A stretch of 64,000 bases of DNA from IMG/VR virus record IMGVR_UViG_3300029845_000007; one strand, 5' to 3'. Position numbers and translations under genes: made by a program. Position 1 is the first letter of the stretch, and each line of letters begins with the position of its first letter. Positions 18,052 to 28,184 of this stretch are shown here, piece by piece. The notes under the pieces are model-generated. The model did not search any database and was not told where the DNA came from. It saw only the letters and a list, made by a program, of their open reading frames with translations. This DNA comes from a virus.

Positions 18052-18990
18052 TTCAGGTCGTGAGACTAGAGTAATATTAGTAGAGTTTTTTATTGTATAA
18101 TTTAAAACTTACTATAATGAAAGAGATTATTAAAGCAATTATTGCTGCTAGTATGGGTTCTGATATTATTGATAAAGCTAAGAAAGAATTTCATAAACGC
18201 TTTATTAATGGAGAACTTAATAAAGAACTTATTAAAGATATTGAATCTATTAATGTGAAATCATTAAATCAACTTCTTGAAGATATTCTTGACGGTGAAT
18301 ATTCTATTGAAGATAAGGTTAAAGCTGTTGAACAATGGGATAGCATTATACTTCCTTATATCAAATATATTAGTGATATGAGAGATAGTGCTAAAGAATC
18401 TTATGATAAACTTCTTGCTAAATATGAAGCTAGTAAAGCTCCGATTTATTCTGTATTCTATTGTTCTGAAAATCATCTTGTATTCTTAGACAAGAATGAT
18501 AAGCTAAGAAAGTCTTTTAATGGTAATGCTAAAACTCTTTACTCTGGTAATAGTAAAGATGAAGCTCGTAGAATATGTGAATCATTTCTTAAGGATTGTC
18601 CTGATTTTTATTGTGTAGATTATACAAAGATATACAATAAGTAATTTGCCAATTTTGTTTGTCTGTTTTAGTTAAACTAAAATTAAATTTTGTCGTATTG
18701 TAGTTTTATATCTGTTGTTTGTGAAGATAGTAGATATAGGTTTTATGGAATTCTAATAGTACTGTTCGTGAGAATCGTGCTATTTCTTATGATAGCTCTG
18801 ATGATGACTAATCTAAGTTGAAACATTAACCAAATGGTTGAAGTAAGGGAAATCCTCTTCATAAAATGTCAGCTATAAATACATAGTATTGTGTTTAACA
18901 TACAAGTTGCATTTACTGTCGTGAGACAGAAAAACTTTATTTGTCTTTTAATTTTTACCCCTAATTAAATTACTGTCGTGAGATAGAATT
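18052..18990 (+). promoter_or_regulatory. Four copies of a GTCGTGAGA-centred palindrome/hairpin motif (YTGTC-GTGA-GAYAG).
   Basis: Copies at 18052-18071, 18760-18779, 18913-18935 and 18969-18990. The last two are near-identical 18-mers (TTACTGTCGTGAGAYAGA). Each has a 4-5 bp stem closed by a GTGA (GNRA) loop and resembles a CTGT-N6-ACAG operator. Confidence 0.45.
18093..18644 (+). CDS. Hypothetical protein.
   Basis: 183-aa ORF. An alternative start lies at 18117 (MKEIIKAII...). Confidence 0.45.
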   Translation: MYNLKLTIMKEIIKAIIAASMGSDIIDKAKKEFHKRFINGELNKELIKDIESINVKSLNQLLEDILDGEYSIEDKVKAVEQWDSIILPYIKYISDMRDSAKESYDKLLAKYEASKAPIYSVFYCSENHLVFLDKNDKLRKSFNGNAKTLYSGNSKDEARRICESFLKDCPDFYCVDYTKIYNK

Positions 18991-19011
18991 AGGTGTCAAT
19001 AGTTTAATGGT

Positions 19012-19038
19012 AGGAGAGGAAGCGTCCTCTCCTTTTTA
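19012..19038 (+). terminator. Rho-independent terminator.
   Basis: AGGAGAGGA-agcg-TCCTCTCCT followed by TTTTT. Confidence 0.5.
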
Positions 19039-19070
19039 ATTGATTATTAACTAAAAACTAATATACCGAC

Positions 19071-19391
19071 ATGGATAAGAAAGAATTTACTAAATTGTTT
19101 AAAGAGTTACAGAAGATACAACTTAGTCTATTGTATAGTACTAAACTCTCTAGTGACCTTTATACTAATTGCAATCTTAATAATACTTCTTATATTAGTA
19201 TGTATCTATTTGTTCTTGATATTAATAGAAATATTGATGAAACACATAGTTACAATCTTTATAGCAATGATAGTATTGATAAGAATAGAGCTGTTGTAAA
19301 TGAAATTAAGCAAAAGGTTAAACAATTCACAACTCCTTTAAGGGGGAATAAAGCGAAGCGAAGCGGAGCGTCAGATACTCCAATTAAGTAA
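19071..19391 (+). CDS. Hypothetical protein.
   Basis: 106-aa ORF. Its C-terminus is encoded by an inverted extended copy of the GC-rich repeat (19335-19370), giving ...TPLRGNKAKRSGAS. Confidence 0.35.
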   Translation: MDKKEFTKLFKELQKIQLSLLYSTKLSSDLYTNCNLNNTSYISMYLFVLDINRNIDETHSYNLYSNDSIDKNRAVVNEIKQKVKQFTTPLRGNKAKRSGASDTPIK

Positions 19392-19478
19392 TAACTAAAT
19401 ACTAAACGTAAATGATTAAGAAGAAAATTAAATTTGGAAAAAGTGAGAAAAGTTACAAATTAGTAGCTTTTACTCTTA

Positions 19479-19853
19479 ATGTACTTGAAAGTATTAGTGT
19501 TAAACTTGTTAGAATGGAAGAAAGGAGACGTATTCCTAGTTATGCCGAAATTAAACGAGTTTAAACAAGATAATGGTAAGCTCATTGTCACGACTGGTAA
19601 ATGTCTAGTCTGTGGTGATGAGCTTCTTGTGTTTGGTACAGATGATATTTATATCTGTCCTAAGTGTAAAGAAATATTAGATGCTGATAATTGTCTAGTT
19701 CTTGAAACAATGTTTGTTGAAGATGATAGAATAGTTACTGCAAGAAATTGTATTGTTCCTAAAGAACAAATGCATACTAATGTTCCTATTATTTGTATGC
19801 CTTCTGATGAGTTTAATAAGTTATACGAAATATATAAAACTAAAGCTAATTAA
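19479..19853 (+). CDS. Zinc-ribbon protein.
   Basis: CLVCGDE...CPKCKE four-Cys motif. An alternative start at 19542 is preceded by AAAGGAG. Confidence 0.45.
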   Translation: MYLKVLVLNLLEWKKGDVFLVMPKLNEFKQDNGKLIVTTGKCLVCGDELLVFGTDDIYICPKCKEILDADNCLVLETMFVEDDRIVTARNCIVPKEQMHTNVPIICMPSDEFNKLYEIYKTKAN

Positions 19854-19854
19854 T

Positions 19855-20106
19855 ATGATTGTAGATTTAAAACAATGTGTTAATCCTGATAGTACTTTTG
19901 ATGTATATTTTGAAGGACTTAAAGCTGTTATTTCTCATGATTTATGTGTTAATACTTATTATTGTATTATCGTAGATGTTCATAGTGATAGATGTTGTGA
20001 AATTACTCCATTACCTAGAATTATGAATACTGATAAATATAAGATATTCCCCCGTAAAGGAATGTGTTGCGTACAGTATAGTGTTAACCAAATAGTCAAA
20101 CCTTAA
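19855..20106 (+). CDS. Hypothetical protein (84 aa).
   Basis: This is the ORF track's 19753-20106 ORF trimmed to the in-frame ATG at 19855, immediately after the stop of the upstream gene. Contains motif copy 20047-20066. Confidence 0.4.
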   Translation: MIVDLKQCVNPDSTFDVYFEGLKAVISHDLCVNTYYCIIVDVHSDRCCEITPLPRIMNTDKYKIFPRKGMCCVQYSVNQIVKP

Positions 20107-20110
20107 TATT

Positions 20111-20476
20111 ATGGGATTAAGTTTCAAACTATCAGCGGTAAATGAGGAACAGAAAATTCCTCGTGAGAAAGTAATAATGCAGATTGTTACTGGAACTATC
20201 GTTCTACATGATAACATGTATAAGTTTAAACCTAAAGATAGTGATGAATTTATTACGTTATCTGAACGTTCGTACTCATGTAAAGGTTTTAAGACAATAT
20301 ATACTCGTGCATTAGATAATTATGGTAGACCTACTAAAATTGTTAGATGTACTGATGCTTATTGTGTTATGCCTAGCTGTTATATTCCATTTAAGATAGG
20401 ATTACCTGTTAAGGGTTATATACTTAAATGTCGTGATAATATTGATAGATTCTTACTAAAATGCAATGAATTTTGA
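20111..20476 (+). CDS. Hypothetical protein.
   Basis: 121-aa ORF. Confidence 0.45.
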   Translation: MGLSFKLSAVNEEQKIPREKVIMQIVTGTIVLHDNMYKFKPKDSDEFITLSERSYSCKGFKTIYTRALDNYGRPTKIVRCTDAYCVMPSCYIPFKIGLPVKGYILKCRDNIDRFLLKCNEF

Positions 20477-20957
20477 AAAGTTTGATGATGCTAAGAAAGA
20501 CGATAAAGTCTTAAATAGTTTTACTCGTGACCAAAAGATTGCTTATGAAAACCTAGTAGCTTTTATTGAGAAAGGTTATGTTGCAGGTGATTATAAACGT
20601 GCTCTTATTGGCTCGGCAGGTACAGGAAAAACATATATGATACGTGAAGTAATTAGACGATGCGGATTATCTAAATCCGTTATTGGTCTTGCAGCTCCTA
20701 CACATAAAGCTGCTCGTGTACTTCGTGCATCTACTGGATATTCTACGTCTACTGTGGCTAGTGATTTAGGTTTAAGACTTAATACTGATGTTACTGATTT
20801 TGATATTAATAATCCTCCTTTTGACCCATTAGCTGAAAAGAAGATTAAGCAATATAAGTTATATATTGTTGATGAAGCGTCTATGATTGGTATTAATCTT
20901 AAAACTCTTATAGAAAGAGAATGTGAACAGTTTGGTTGTATGCTTATTTATATGGGT
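20466..20957 (+). CDS. PIF1/RecD-like SF1 DNA helicase, exon 1 (Walker A through DEAS box).
   Basis: GSAGTGKTY Walker A. IVDEASMI motif II. The exon ends ...LIYMG at 20957, with U as the last exon nucleotide. Confidence 0.8.
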
Positions 20958-22123
20958 AAATAGTTATTGCCCAGTTTAAACTCTTCTAATTGCTGGAAAC
21001 TCGTGAAGGTAATAGTACTACAACATAAGTTGAAAAACTAAGTGTGAATGTTAGAAAAACTATTATTATATGACAATCAGCAGCGAAGTCTCTAAATTAT
21101 GTTCATTTACATAATAAGAGAAACGTTCATCGACTATCCCGTAAGGGAGTACAATTCTATGGAATTGGAAACGGAGAGAGTTGTATATTTGCAATTTACT
21201 CCTTATATTTACATAAATTTTTAAAATGTAAATATTATGAGCAAAAAAGAAACTCCAAAAATGTATGGTTTAGAACATAAGTTAAATTCTAAGTGTGTTT
21301 ATATTCATTTTATTAAATCTATTAATATTCCTATTTATATAGGAGAAGGAAATGTACAAAGAGCTTTTGATTTTACTAATAGAAATAATAAATGGAAAGA
21401 ACTAGTTAGCAATCTTAATGATGTTCATGTTGAAATAGTTGCTATTGATATTAATAAAGAAGAATGTGTAGAAATAGAAAAGCAGCTAATAAAACTATAT
21501 AAAGAAAGAGGATTTGAACTTGTTAATTGTAATAATGGAGGTAGTTGTATAGGAACTTTTGGAGAAGATAATTATTTTTATAATAAACATTTGTTTGGTA
21601 AAGACAATGGTAATTATGGAAATAAATATTCTAAAAATCCTTTATCCATTGAAGTTATTCAGTTAGATATATTTGGAAATATTATTAAGAAGTGGAGTTC
21701 TGCACAAGAAGCAGAAGAAATAGGTGGATATATTGCTAGTTGTATTAATAGTTGTTGTAATGGTAAACGTCAACTACACAATAATTATCAATGGATATTT
21801 GCTTATAATTATAATCCTAATAAATCTTATGAATATATTCCTAAAGGAACTTCTATGAGAATTTATTTAGCTATTGGTATAAGAGATAATAAATCTTATA
21901 TTCATGGTATATATAATTCTAGTAATGAACTTACTAATGAAGGATTTAATCCTAAACTAGTTCAACAAGTTGTTACTGGTTATAAAAAGTCTCATAAAGG
22001 TTTTGCTTTTGTTGATTTCTTTAGATTAACTAAAGACCAACAAGAAAAATATAAAGAACAAGTTATTGCAAAATTATATAGCTAAGATATAGTCAGACTA
22101 TTATAGAAATATAGTAGGTTATG
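20958..22123 (+). mobile_element. Group I self-splicing intron (1166 nt) carrying a GIY-YIG homing endonuclease ORF.
   Basis: Follows an exonic U and ends with G at 22123. Internal guide sequence gccca (20969-20973) pairs with the exon end tgggt. P-like element aattgctggaaactcg (20988-21003). Q-like aatcagcagc (21075-21084). R-like gttcatcgactat (21125-21137). S-like aagatatagtc (22084-22094), which overlaps the HEG stop codon. Splicing restores helicase motif III, LIYMG|DNYQLQPV. Confidence 0.8.
21237..22085 (+). CDS. GIY-YIG homing endonuclease (intron-encoded).
   Basis: N-terminal VYIHF...IPIYIGEG...R GIY-YIG signature. C-terminal region has NUMOD-like DNA-binding repeats. Confidence 0.75.
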   Translation: MSKKETPKMYGLEHKLNSKCVYIHFIKSINIPIYIGEGNVQRAFDFTNRNNKWKELVSNLNDVHVEIVAIDINKEECVEIEKQLIKLYKERGFELVNCNNGGSCIGTFGEDNYFYNKHLFGKDNGNYGNKYSKNPLSIEVIQLDIFGNIIKKWSSAQEAEEIGGYIASCINSCCNGKRQLHNNYQWIFAYNYNPNKSYEYIPKGTSMRIYLAIGIRDNKSYIHGIYNSSNELTNEGFNPKLVQQVVTGYKKSHKGFAFVDFFRLTKDQQEKYKEQVIAKLYS

Positions 22124-23089
22124 GATAACTATCAACTTCAACCAGTTAAAGAATCTCGTTCACGTTGTTTTGATAATGTTAAGTTTTATACTCTTAGACA
22201 GATTGTTAGACAAGAAGAAGATAATCCTGTTAGTGAGTTATTAAAGATACTAAGAAAAGATATTGATAATAGGAGTTGGAAATTCCTAGAATATATCAAT
22301 AAAAACAGATATGCTTTCGATTCAACTCAAACTAAAGGATATTATACTTGTGGTGCATACGAGTTTCAATCTCTTGTAATAGACGGATTTTATAATGAAG
22401 AGTTTACTAGAGATGTTGATACTTGTCGATTAATAACTTATACTAATAAATCTGTATCTGAATGGAATAAATTTATTCGTAACAATATCATCGAAGGTAG
22501 TGATAAAGCAATTCTAACTCGTAATGATTTAGTAATGTCTTATAATACTTTTGTTGATGAGTTTAAAGATACTATTATTGTAAATTCTGAAGATTATATA
22601 ATACATGATATTAAGAATTTTACTAATAAAGATGAAATCTTTGGATTCAATGTTACGTTCATTCAAGTTAATGGTGGTAATAGAACTAAACCTTTATTTG
22701 TAGTAGACCATTCTAATTTAAATAATGTTATGCTTTATTATAAGTTAGGTGAAACTTATATTCAAAATGCAATTAATGCAGAGAAATATAATAGAAGTAA
22801 GCGTTGGAAGGAATACTATGACTTTAGAGAGAGGAACTTGTTACTAGTTAACTTATTAGATAGGTCTACTGGTAAGATTAAGTTTAGTCGTGACTTAGAT
22901 TATGGATTTGCTCTTACAGCTAATAAAGCTCAAGGAAGTACTTATTTTGATGTATATGTAGATATAAATGATATTGTATTTGATATGCGTACTGGTAATC
23001 CGTGGGGAAATATAGATGAAACTCTTCGTAGATTATATACTGCTTGTAGTAGATGCAAAAATCGTTTATATTTGTGTTACGGTAAATAA
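22124..23089 (+). CDS. PIF1/RecD-like helicase, exon 2.
   Basis: Begins DNYQLQPV (motif III). Contains FALTANKAQGSTYFDVYV (motif VI-like). The track ORF starts at the in-frame ATG 22121, which is the last 3 nt of the intron. Confidence 0.8.
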   Translation, partial: DNYQLQPVKESRSRCFDNVKFYTLRQIVRQEEDNPVSELLKILRKDIDNRSWKFLEYINKNRYAFDSTQTKGYYTCGAYEFQSLVIDGFYNEEFTRDVDTCRLITYTNKSVSEWNKFIRNNIIEGSDKAILTRNDLVMSYNTFVDEFKDTIIVNSEDYIIHDIKNFTNKDEIFGFNVTFIQVNGGNRTKPLFVVDHSNLNNVMLYYKLGETYIQNAINAEKYNRSKRWKEYYDFRERNLLLVNLLDRSTGKIKFSRDLDYGFALTANKAQGSTYFDVYVDINDIVFDMRTGNPWGNIDETLRRLYTACSRCKNRLYLCYGK

Positions 23090-23102
23090 AAAGTATAAGT
23101 AT

Positions 23103-25373
23103 ATGAGTTCTATGTGTTATGATGTCGAAGTAACTAGAAATTACTTCTCGGTAGTATTTGTTGATTTACGTAGTTATCTTAAAACATTTTCTGATTGTGT
23201 TGATAATGAGGGAAAAGCTATTCCTATTATTGATAAACTTAGTGTTACAGAGATAAAGAAACGTTTAGAAACAATACCTAAGAAACGTTTTGTTTTATAT
23301 GAAGATGATGATAGTGATTTATTTAATCTATTATATTGGTTAATACAGAAGGCAGATTACTTCGGTTATAATAATCGTAAGTACGACCGCTTAATGTTAA
23401 GTGCATTATTAATGTATTATAATCAATTTGATAAACCTAGTAAACTTATTACATTTCTATATGAAACATCACAGAGAGTTATTCGTAATTCTAATAATGA
23501 TACTCTTTGGACTGATAACTTCACTTCTCTTATACTGCGTAATAACGTGGCATTTCGAGACTTGGATTTATTCCAAATATTTAGGCTAGACCATTTTCAT
23601 AAAAGTCTCAAACAGACTTCTATTAATATTAAATGGTATAATCTGAAAGAGTATACTATGCCACCTATTGGTGACTTAGATAGACATTATTACCATGAGC
23701 GACTTCCCGAAGCTAAAAGCATGACAGATAGAGAACTTAATATCCATTATCGTAATGTGTTTGAAAGATTTATACCTAAAGAATATCTTCAAGAAATGGC
23801 TGATTATAATGACAATGATGTTTATATTGTTGCCGAACTAATTAGAATGAATCAAGAAGAAGTTCTTCTAAGGTATCGTATTAGTGAAGAATATAAGGTA
23901 GATGTATTCTCTGCAAGTAGAAGTACGATAGCTGATAAAGTTATTGTTAAGCTATATAGTAAGTTTACTGGTCTGCATCCTAAAGCCTTCATTGATACTA
24001 AGACAATACGTAGGAAAATCGTAGTTTCCGAAATTTTGTCAGATAAAATCGCATTTTCCACGCCTGAATTGAACGATATTTTGTCAGACATACGTTCGCT
24101 AACCCTACGTGGGGAAAAGAGCGAATTTGACAGGGAATTTACCTTCATGGGCACGTCATACACTATCGCAACAGGAGGTTTACACTCAAACGAGATTCCG
24201 AACATTTATCGTAGTTCTGCTGATTATTCAGGTGCTACTGATATTACTATTGGTAATCCTTATGATAGTAATGGCAATATTGGAGTTAGTACTTCTGATA
24301 TATATATTTGTGATTTTGATATTAATTCAATGTATCCTAATATTATTAGAAGTCTTAAAGTATGTCAGAAACATCTACTTCCTAAGGCATGGTTTCGTAT
24401 AGCTGATACTATTGTCGATGAACGACTAGAACATAAACATTTATCCAAAGATAAATCTCTTGATAGTAAAGAGAGAGATAAACATGCTACTGCTGCTGCT
24501 TGTCTAAAGATTGTAGCAAATGCTGGTATATTTGGTAAAATGGGTAGTGAACAATCTTTCTTGTGTGATAAGAAAGCAATGTATCAAGTTACTATTAATG
24601 GGCAATTATTTCTACTAATGTTAATAGAGAAACTTGAACTTGCAGGCATTCATATAATAAGTGCTAATACTGACGGTATTGTTTCTATAATACCAAAAAA
24701 TAAGTTTGAATTATATTGTAATATTTGTCACGAATGGGAGAAAGTAGTTGGATTGACAGGTGAATTTACTCCATATACTAAGTATGTTACAGAAGGAGTA
24801 AATAGTTATCTTACTGTAAAACCTAATAATGGTAGAAAATTCAAAGGTAGAATGAATCCTAAGATGTTCTTAGAGGATTTATCTAAAGGATATAATTCTC
24901 CTATTGTAGCTAAATGTGTTACTGAATACTTTATTAACGGTACTCCTGTTATGGAAACTCTTCGTAATGCTAAATCTATTCTTGATTTCTGTCGTACTCA
25001 AAATGTTAATCATAAGTATAGACTAGAGTTTACTCACGTTGTAGACGGAAAGATAAGAACAGATGTGGTGCAGAGGAATACAAGGTTTTACATCTCCTCT
25101 ACGGGGGGAACCCTCATGAAGGTTGAGAGTATAGGCTGGAACGATAATGGTGAAGAACAAGTTAAAAAGAGTTCTTTATGTGCAGGTCAACGTGTTTCTA
25201 TATGTAATACTGTTGATGATACTGATATATCTGAACTAAATGTTAATTACTTATATTATTATAATGAAGCTATGGCTATTATTGAACCAATAGAGCAAAG
25301 TCGTAATAATAAAGGTAAAGGTAAACGTTTAGTTAAGAAATACTATGGAATGAGAAATACTTTGTTTGATTGA
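23103..25373 (+). CDS. Family B DNA polymerase.
   Basis: Exo I CYDVEV. Exo II YNDNDVYIVAELI. Motif A DFDINSMYPNII. Motif B KIVANAGIFGK. Motif C ISANTDGIV. Start trimmed to ATG 23103, just after the helicase stop. Confidence 0.8.
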   Translation: MSSMCYDVEVTRNYFSVVFVDLRSYLKTFSDCVDNEGKAIPIIDKLSVTEIKKRLETIPKKRFVLYEDDDSDLFNLLYWLIQKADYFGYNNRKYDRLMLSALLMYYNQFDKPSKLITFLYETSQRVIRNSNNDTLWTDNFTSLILRNNVAFRDLDLFQIFRLDHFHKSLKQTSINIKWYNLKEYTMPPIGDLDRHYYHERLPEAKSMTDRELNIHYRNVFERFIPKEYLQEMADYNDNDVYIVAELIRMNQEEVLLRYRISEEYKVDVFSASRSTIADKVIVKLYSKFTGLHPKAFIDTKTIRRKIVVSEILSDKIAFSTPELNDILSDIRSLTLRGEKSEFDREFTFMGTSYTIATGGLHSNEIPNIYRSSADYSGATDITIGNPYDSNGNIGVSTSDIYICDFDINSMYPNIIRSLKVCQKHLLPKAWFRIADTIVDERLEHKHLSKDKSLDSKERDKHATAAACLKIVANAGIFGKMGSEQSFLCDKKAMYQVTINGQLFLLMLIEKLELAGIHIISANTDGIVSIIPKNKFELYCNICHEWEKVVGLTGEFTPYTKYVTEGVNSYLTVKPNNGRKFKGRMNPKMFLEDLSKGYNSPIVAKCVTEYFINGTPVMETLRNAKSILDFCRTQNVNHKYRLEFTHVVDGKIRTDVVQRNTRFYISSTGGTLMKVESIGWNDNGEEQVKKSSLCAGQRVSICNTVDDTDISELNVNYLYYYNEAMAIIEPIEQSRNNKGKGKRLVKKYYGMRNTLFD

Positions 25374-25377
25374 TAAA

Positions 25378-25611
25378 ATGGATATAGAAAAGATATGTAT
25401 AGCTAATCTTGGAAAAGAGATTATGTATGGTAGACTTAAAGGAATGATAGTAGGTTATGATACTATATTAAAATATTTAATCATTTCTTTTACTAATAAC
25501 TATGGTTGGAACTTTTTAATAGATAATAGTGTTATTCTATTAAATAGTCCTCTTAATCATAGTTATGTTCTTATTAATCCTGAATATTATAAAGGACAAC
25601 TTGTCTTATGA
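25378..25611 (+). CDS. Small hypothetical protein.
   Basis: 77 aa from ATG 25378. The track's 25366 start uses TTG inside the PolB stop region. Confidence 0.35.
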   Translation: MDIEKICIANLGKEIMYGRLKGMIVGYDTILKYLIISFTNNYGWNFLIDNSVILLNSPLNHSYVLINPEYYKGQLVL

Positions 25612-27074
25612 ATGATGTAACTGATATTTATAATGAAGCTGCTAATAAATGGTCTGATAACAAAGGTGTGGGTAGTGTTATTCTATCCGAACCACTAAGT
25701 GTAATGAACTTTGTTACAATGGTGTTAGATAAAATGGTAGCTAAAACTCCTGATTTAACGTCTCTTATTATAACAGAGACAATGGAAGATAGAGCTAACA
25801 TTACTTATTATCTTGACAACACTTCTGAACTAAAGGACATTCATAAACAATTAATTACTGATAAGAAATGTCTTATACTTACTCGTGAATATGTAGAGCG
25901 TTCTCCATATAAACCTAGTCCTAGTAGTCATAAAGATGTTCTTATTACTATTAATGTTAAGAAGTTCCGAAAGATTGCAGAGAAGTATAATGGTAATTAC
26001 TTTAAGTTTAAACTACTTGCTACTAATGCTATTGATAGTGTTGCTGATAATGCTGTACTTATGTATAAGTATGCACCTAAAGTATATGAAATTAATTATG
26101 CTCACTTAATCAATCGTTCTATTCATTCCCCCATAAAGGAGTACCAAAAAGGTGTTGTCCTAACTGATGCTGATAGAATCTATTACGATAGATGTAGCCA
26201 ATATATTAATGAAAGTGTTACTATATTTGGTAGTTTCGATAAGTTAGAAGAATGTCGTACTGGTAATCCTAGACTAAATATTGCAGCTGAAACTTGTAGA
26301 TTGCAAGTAGCGGAAAGTAATGGTTGGTCAGCTAAAATGGATATGACTGATGCTATGTGTCGTAAGATAGATGAACTATATAATCCTAGTTCTTTAATTG
26401 AGAGAGTTAATCAAACTTATAACATTATCAGAGAAAGAACTAAGATAGTAACTGATAATATTGTTAAGTTAGATGCTATACTTGATATAGTTAAGGAAAA
26501 TATAGGCAAGAGAATACTAATTATTTCAAAGAATGGAGTATTTGCCAGTAAAGTAACAGAATATCTAAATGCTAATATAAAGTATGAGGGTAAATCTATT
26601 ATGACTAATGGTGAGATATTCCAAACTGGAATAAGTATATTACAGTATGATTATTGCGGAAACTATCATAACGATATGGAAGGAATACAGGCTTATGACA
26701 AAAACGGAAAACCTAAAGTATATAAATCAGGAGCTAAAGTCGGACAGCCTGTAATCATAAAAGCTCAAGCCCAAAGAACGCGAAATTTGGAACTGTTTAA
26801 TGACGACTATATGAAAGTATTGTCGGCAAATAATTCTATTGATACGAGCTTTAAAGGAGTTGTAGACGTTGTAATTTTCACGTCACCTCTTTGTAGCTCC
26901 ATACGAGACTTAAAATATCGAATACCTAATCTATCTTTTAGTTCTGTACCTAACATTATATATAAGATATATTGTCGAGGTACGAACGAAGAGAAGAAGT
27001 TAATAGAGACGAAAGGAGGAAAAGACTATGAAATAGTTAAAGATAGTGAAATTGATTTCATAATAGGAGAATAA
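25608..27074 (+). CDS. Hypothetical protein (488 aa).
   Basis: Long ORF in the replication block. No Walker A recognised. Contains motif copy 26126-26145. Confidence 0.5.
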   Translation: MNDVTDIYNEAANKWSDNKGVGSVILSEPLSVMNFVTMVLDKMVAKTPDLTSLIITETMEDRANITYYLDNTSELKDIHKQLITDKKCLILTREYVERSPYKPSPSSHKDVLITINVKKFRKIAEKYNGNYFKFKLLATNAIDSVADNAVLMYKYAPKVYEINYAHLINRSIHSPIKEYQKGVVLTDADRIYYDRCSQYINESVTIFGSFDKLEECRTGNPRLNIAAETCRLQVAESNGWSAKMDMTDAMCRKIDELYNPSSLIERVNQTYNIIRERTKIVTDNIVKLDAILDIVKENIGKRILIISKNGVFASKVTEYLNANIKYEGKSIMTNGEIFQTGISILQYDYCGNYHNDMEGIQAYDKNGKPKVYKSGAKVGQPVIIKAQAQRTRNLELFNDDYMKVLSANNSIDTSFKGVVDVVIFTSPLCSSIRDLKYRIPNLSFSSVPNIIYKIYCRGTNEEKKLIETKGGKDYEIVKDSEIDFIIGE

Positions 27075-27147
27075 TCGATGCTAGTCTTTGGAGTTAACAG
27101 AGAAATTAGTATCTTTGTAGAGTAATCAATAAGCGACCTTTGAAATA

Positions 27148-28062
27148 ATGGAAGAAGTAAAGACAGAGAATGAGAGAACTCTAGCTAAGACAGAACCAAA
27201 AGCAAAACCGAATAATAATAGTATGGTTATGGCTTCTGCTCTTAATACCCTAGACATTTACAATCCCGATGATAGGAGTAAGTTAGAGTTGTATCTGAAA
27301 TCAGTAATGTCTAGTGATAAGTGCGGTATTAAGACTATTCAAGACGGTCTTGCAATATATAGCCGTGCTAAAGAGTTAGGTTTACCGTTTACTAGTTGTA
27401 TTGAACATCTAGGAGTTATTAATGGTAAAACTACATTAGACGTTCACTTAATCAAAGCATTATTATTGAAGGCAGCTATAACATGGGAGTGCACAAAAGA
27501 TTATATAGCTCTGTATGAATATACAGACGGTAATAATGTTTATATAGATAGTAAGATACCTGACTATTGTAGGCGATTCAAAAGCAAGAGAGAAGCTGAT
27601 GAATTTAATGCTAGTGCTGATAATGACGAAATTGGTATTTATCCAGTTAGAAATTATCAAGATTATAACGGTACAATCTACAAGGAATATCAGTTGAATA
27701 ATAAGTTTGGTGTTGCAGCTAATCAACAACAAGCTAAAGATATTGCAGCGAAAGGATTAGTTCCAATATTCCGAATACCTAATGTTCCTTGTGATTATAT
27801 TACTGAATATAAACTTACTCGTATAGTAGATAATAGAGTTATTACTAGTATTGGTCATTTTAGTTATAGCGACGCTGTAACTGCTGGACTTGCTAGTAAA
27901 GATACTTATACTAAGTATATGAGAACACTTATCGGTCATAGAGCTTTTACGCTTGCAGCTCGTGATATAGCGGCTGATGTCATACTTGGTTGTATGGAAA
28001 CAACAGAAGCTAAGATAGTGAACAATATGAGTATTGATGATGCTGATATTGTAGAGATTTGA
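27148..28062 (+). CDS. Hypothetical protein, possibly a single-strand annealing (RecT-like) protein.
   Basis: 304 aa. ...KELGLPFTSCIEHLGVINGKTTLDVHLIKAL... weakly resembles the RecT core. Low confidence. Confidence 0.3.
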   Translation: MEEVKTENERTLAKTEPKAKPNNNSMVMASALNTLDIYNPDDRSKLELYLKSVMSSDKCGIKTIQDGLAIYSRAKELGLPFTSCIEHLGVINGKTTLDVHLIKALLLKAAITWECTKDYIALYEYTDGNNVYIDSKIPDYCRRFKSKREADEFNASADNDEIGIYPVRNYQDYNGTIYKEYQLNNKFGVAANQQQAKDIAAKGLVPIFRIPNVPCDYITEYKLTRIVDNRVITSIGHFSYSDAVTAGLASKDTYTKYMRTLIGHRAFTLAARDIAADVILGCMETTEAKIVNNMSIDDADIVEI

Positions 28063-28184
28063 TAGTAATAGAAGTCTAACTATTACTAATCAATAGATAC
28101 GAAATAAGACAAAACTTTACGCTAACAATGAGCTATATGCTCACTTTTAATAATTAATTATTAATCATTTAAAATTTTACAATT

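Noticed and set aside
19753-20106. 117-aa ORF extending upstream into the preceding gene
   Set aside because: Trimmed to the in-frame ATG at 19855 that directly follows the upstream stop. The 5' extension overlaps a real gene.
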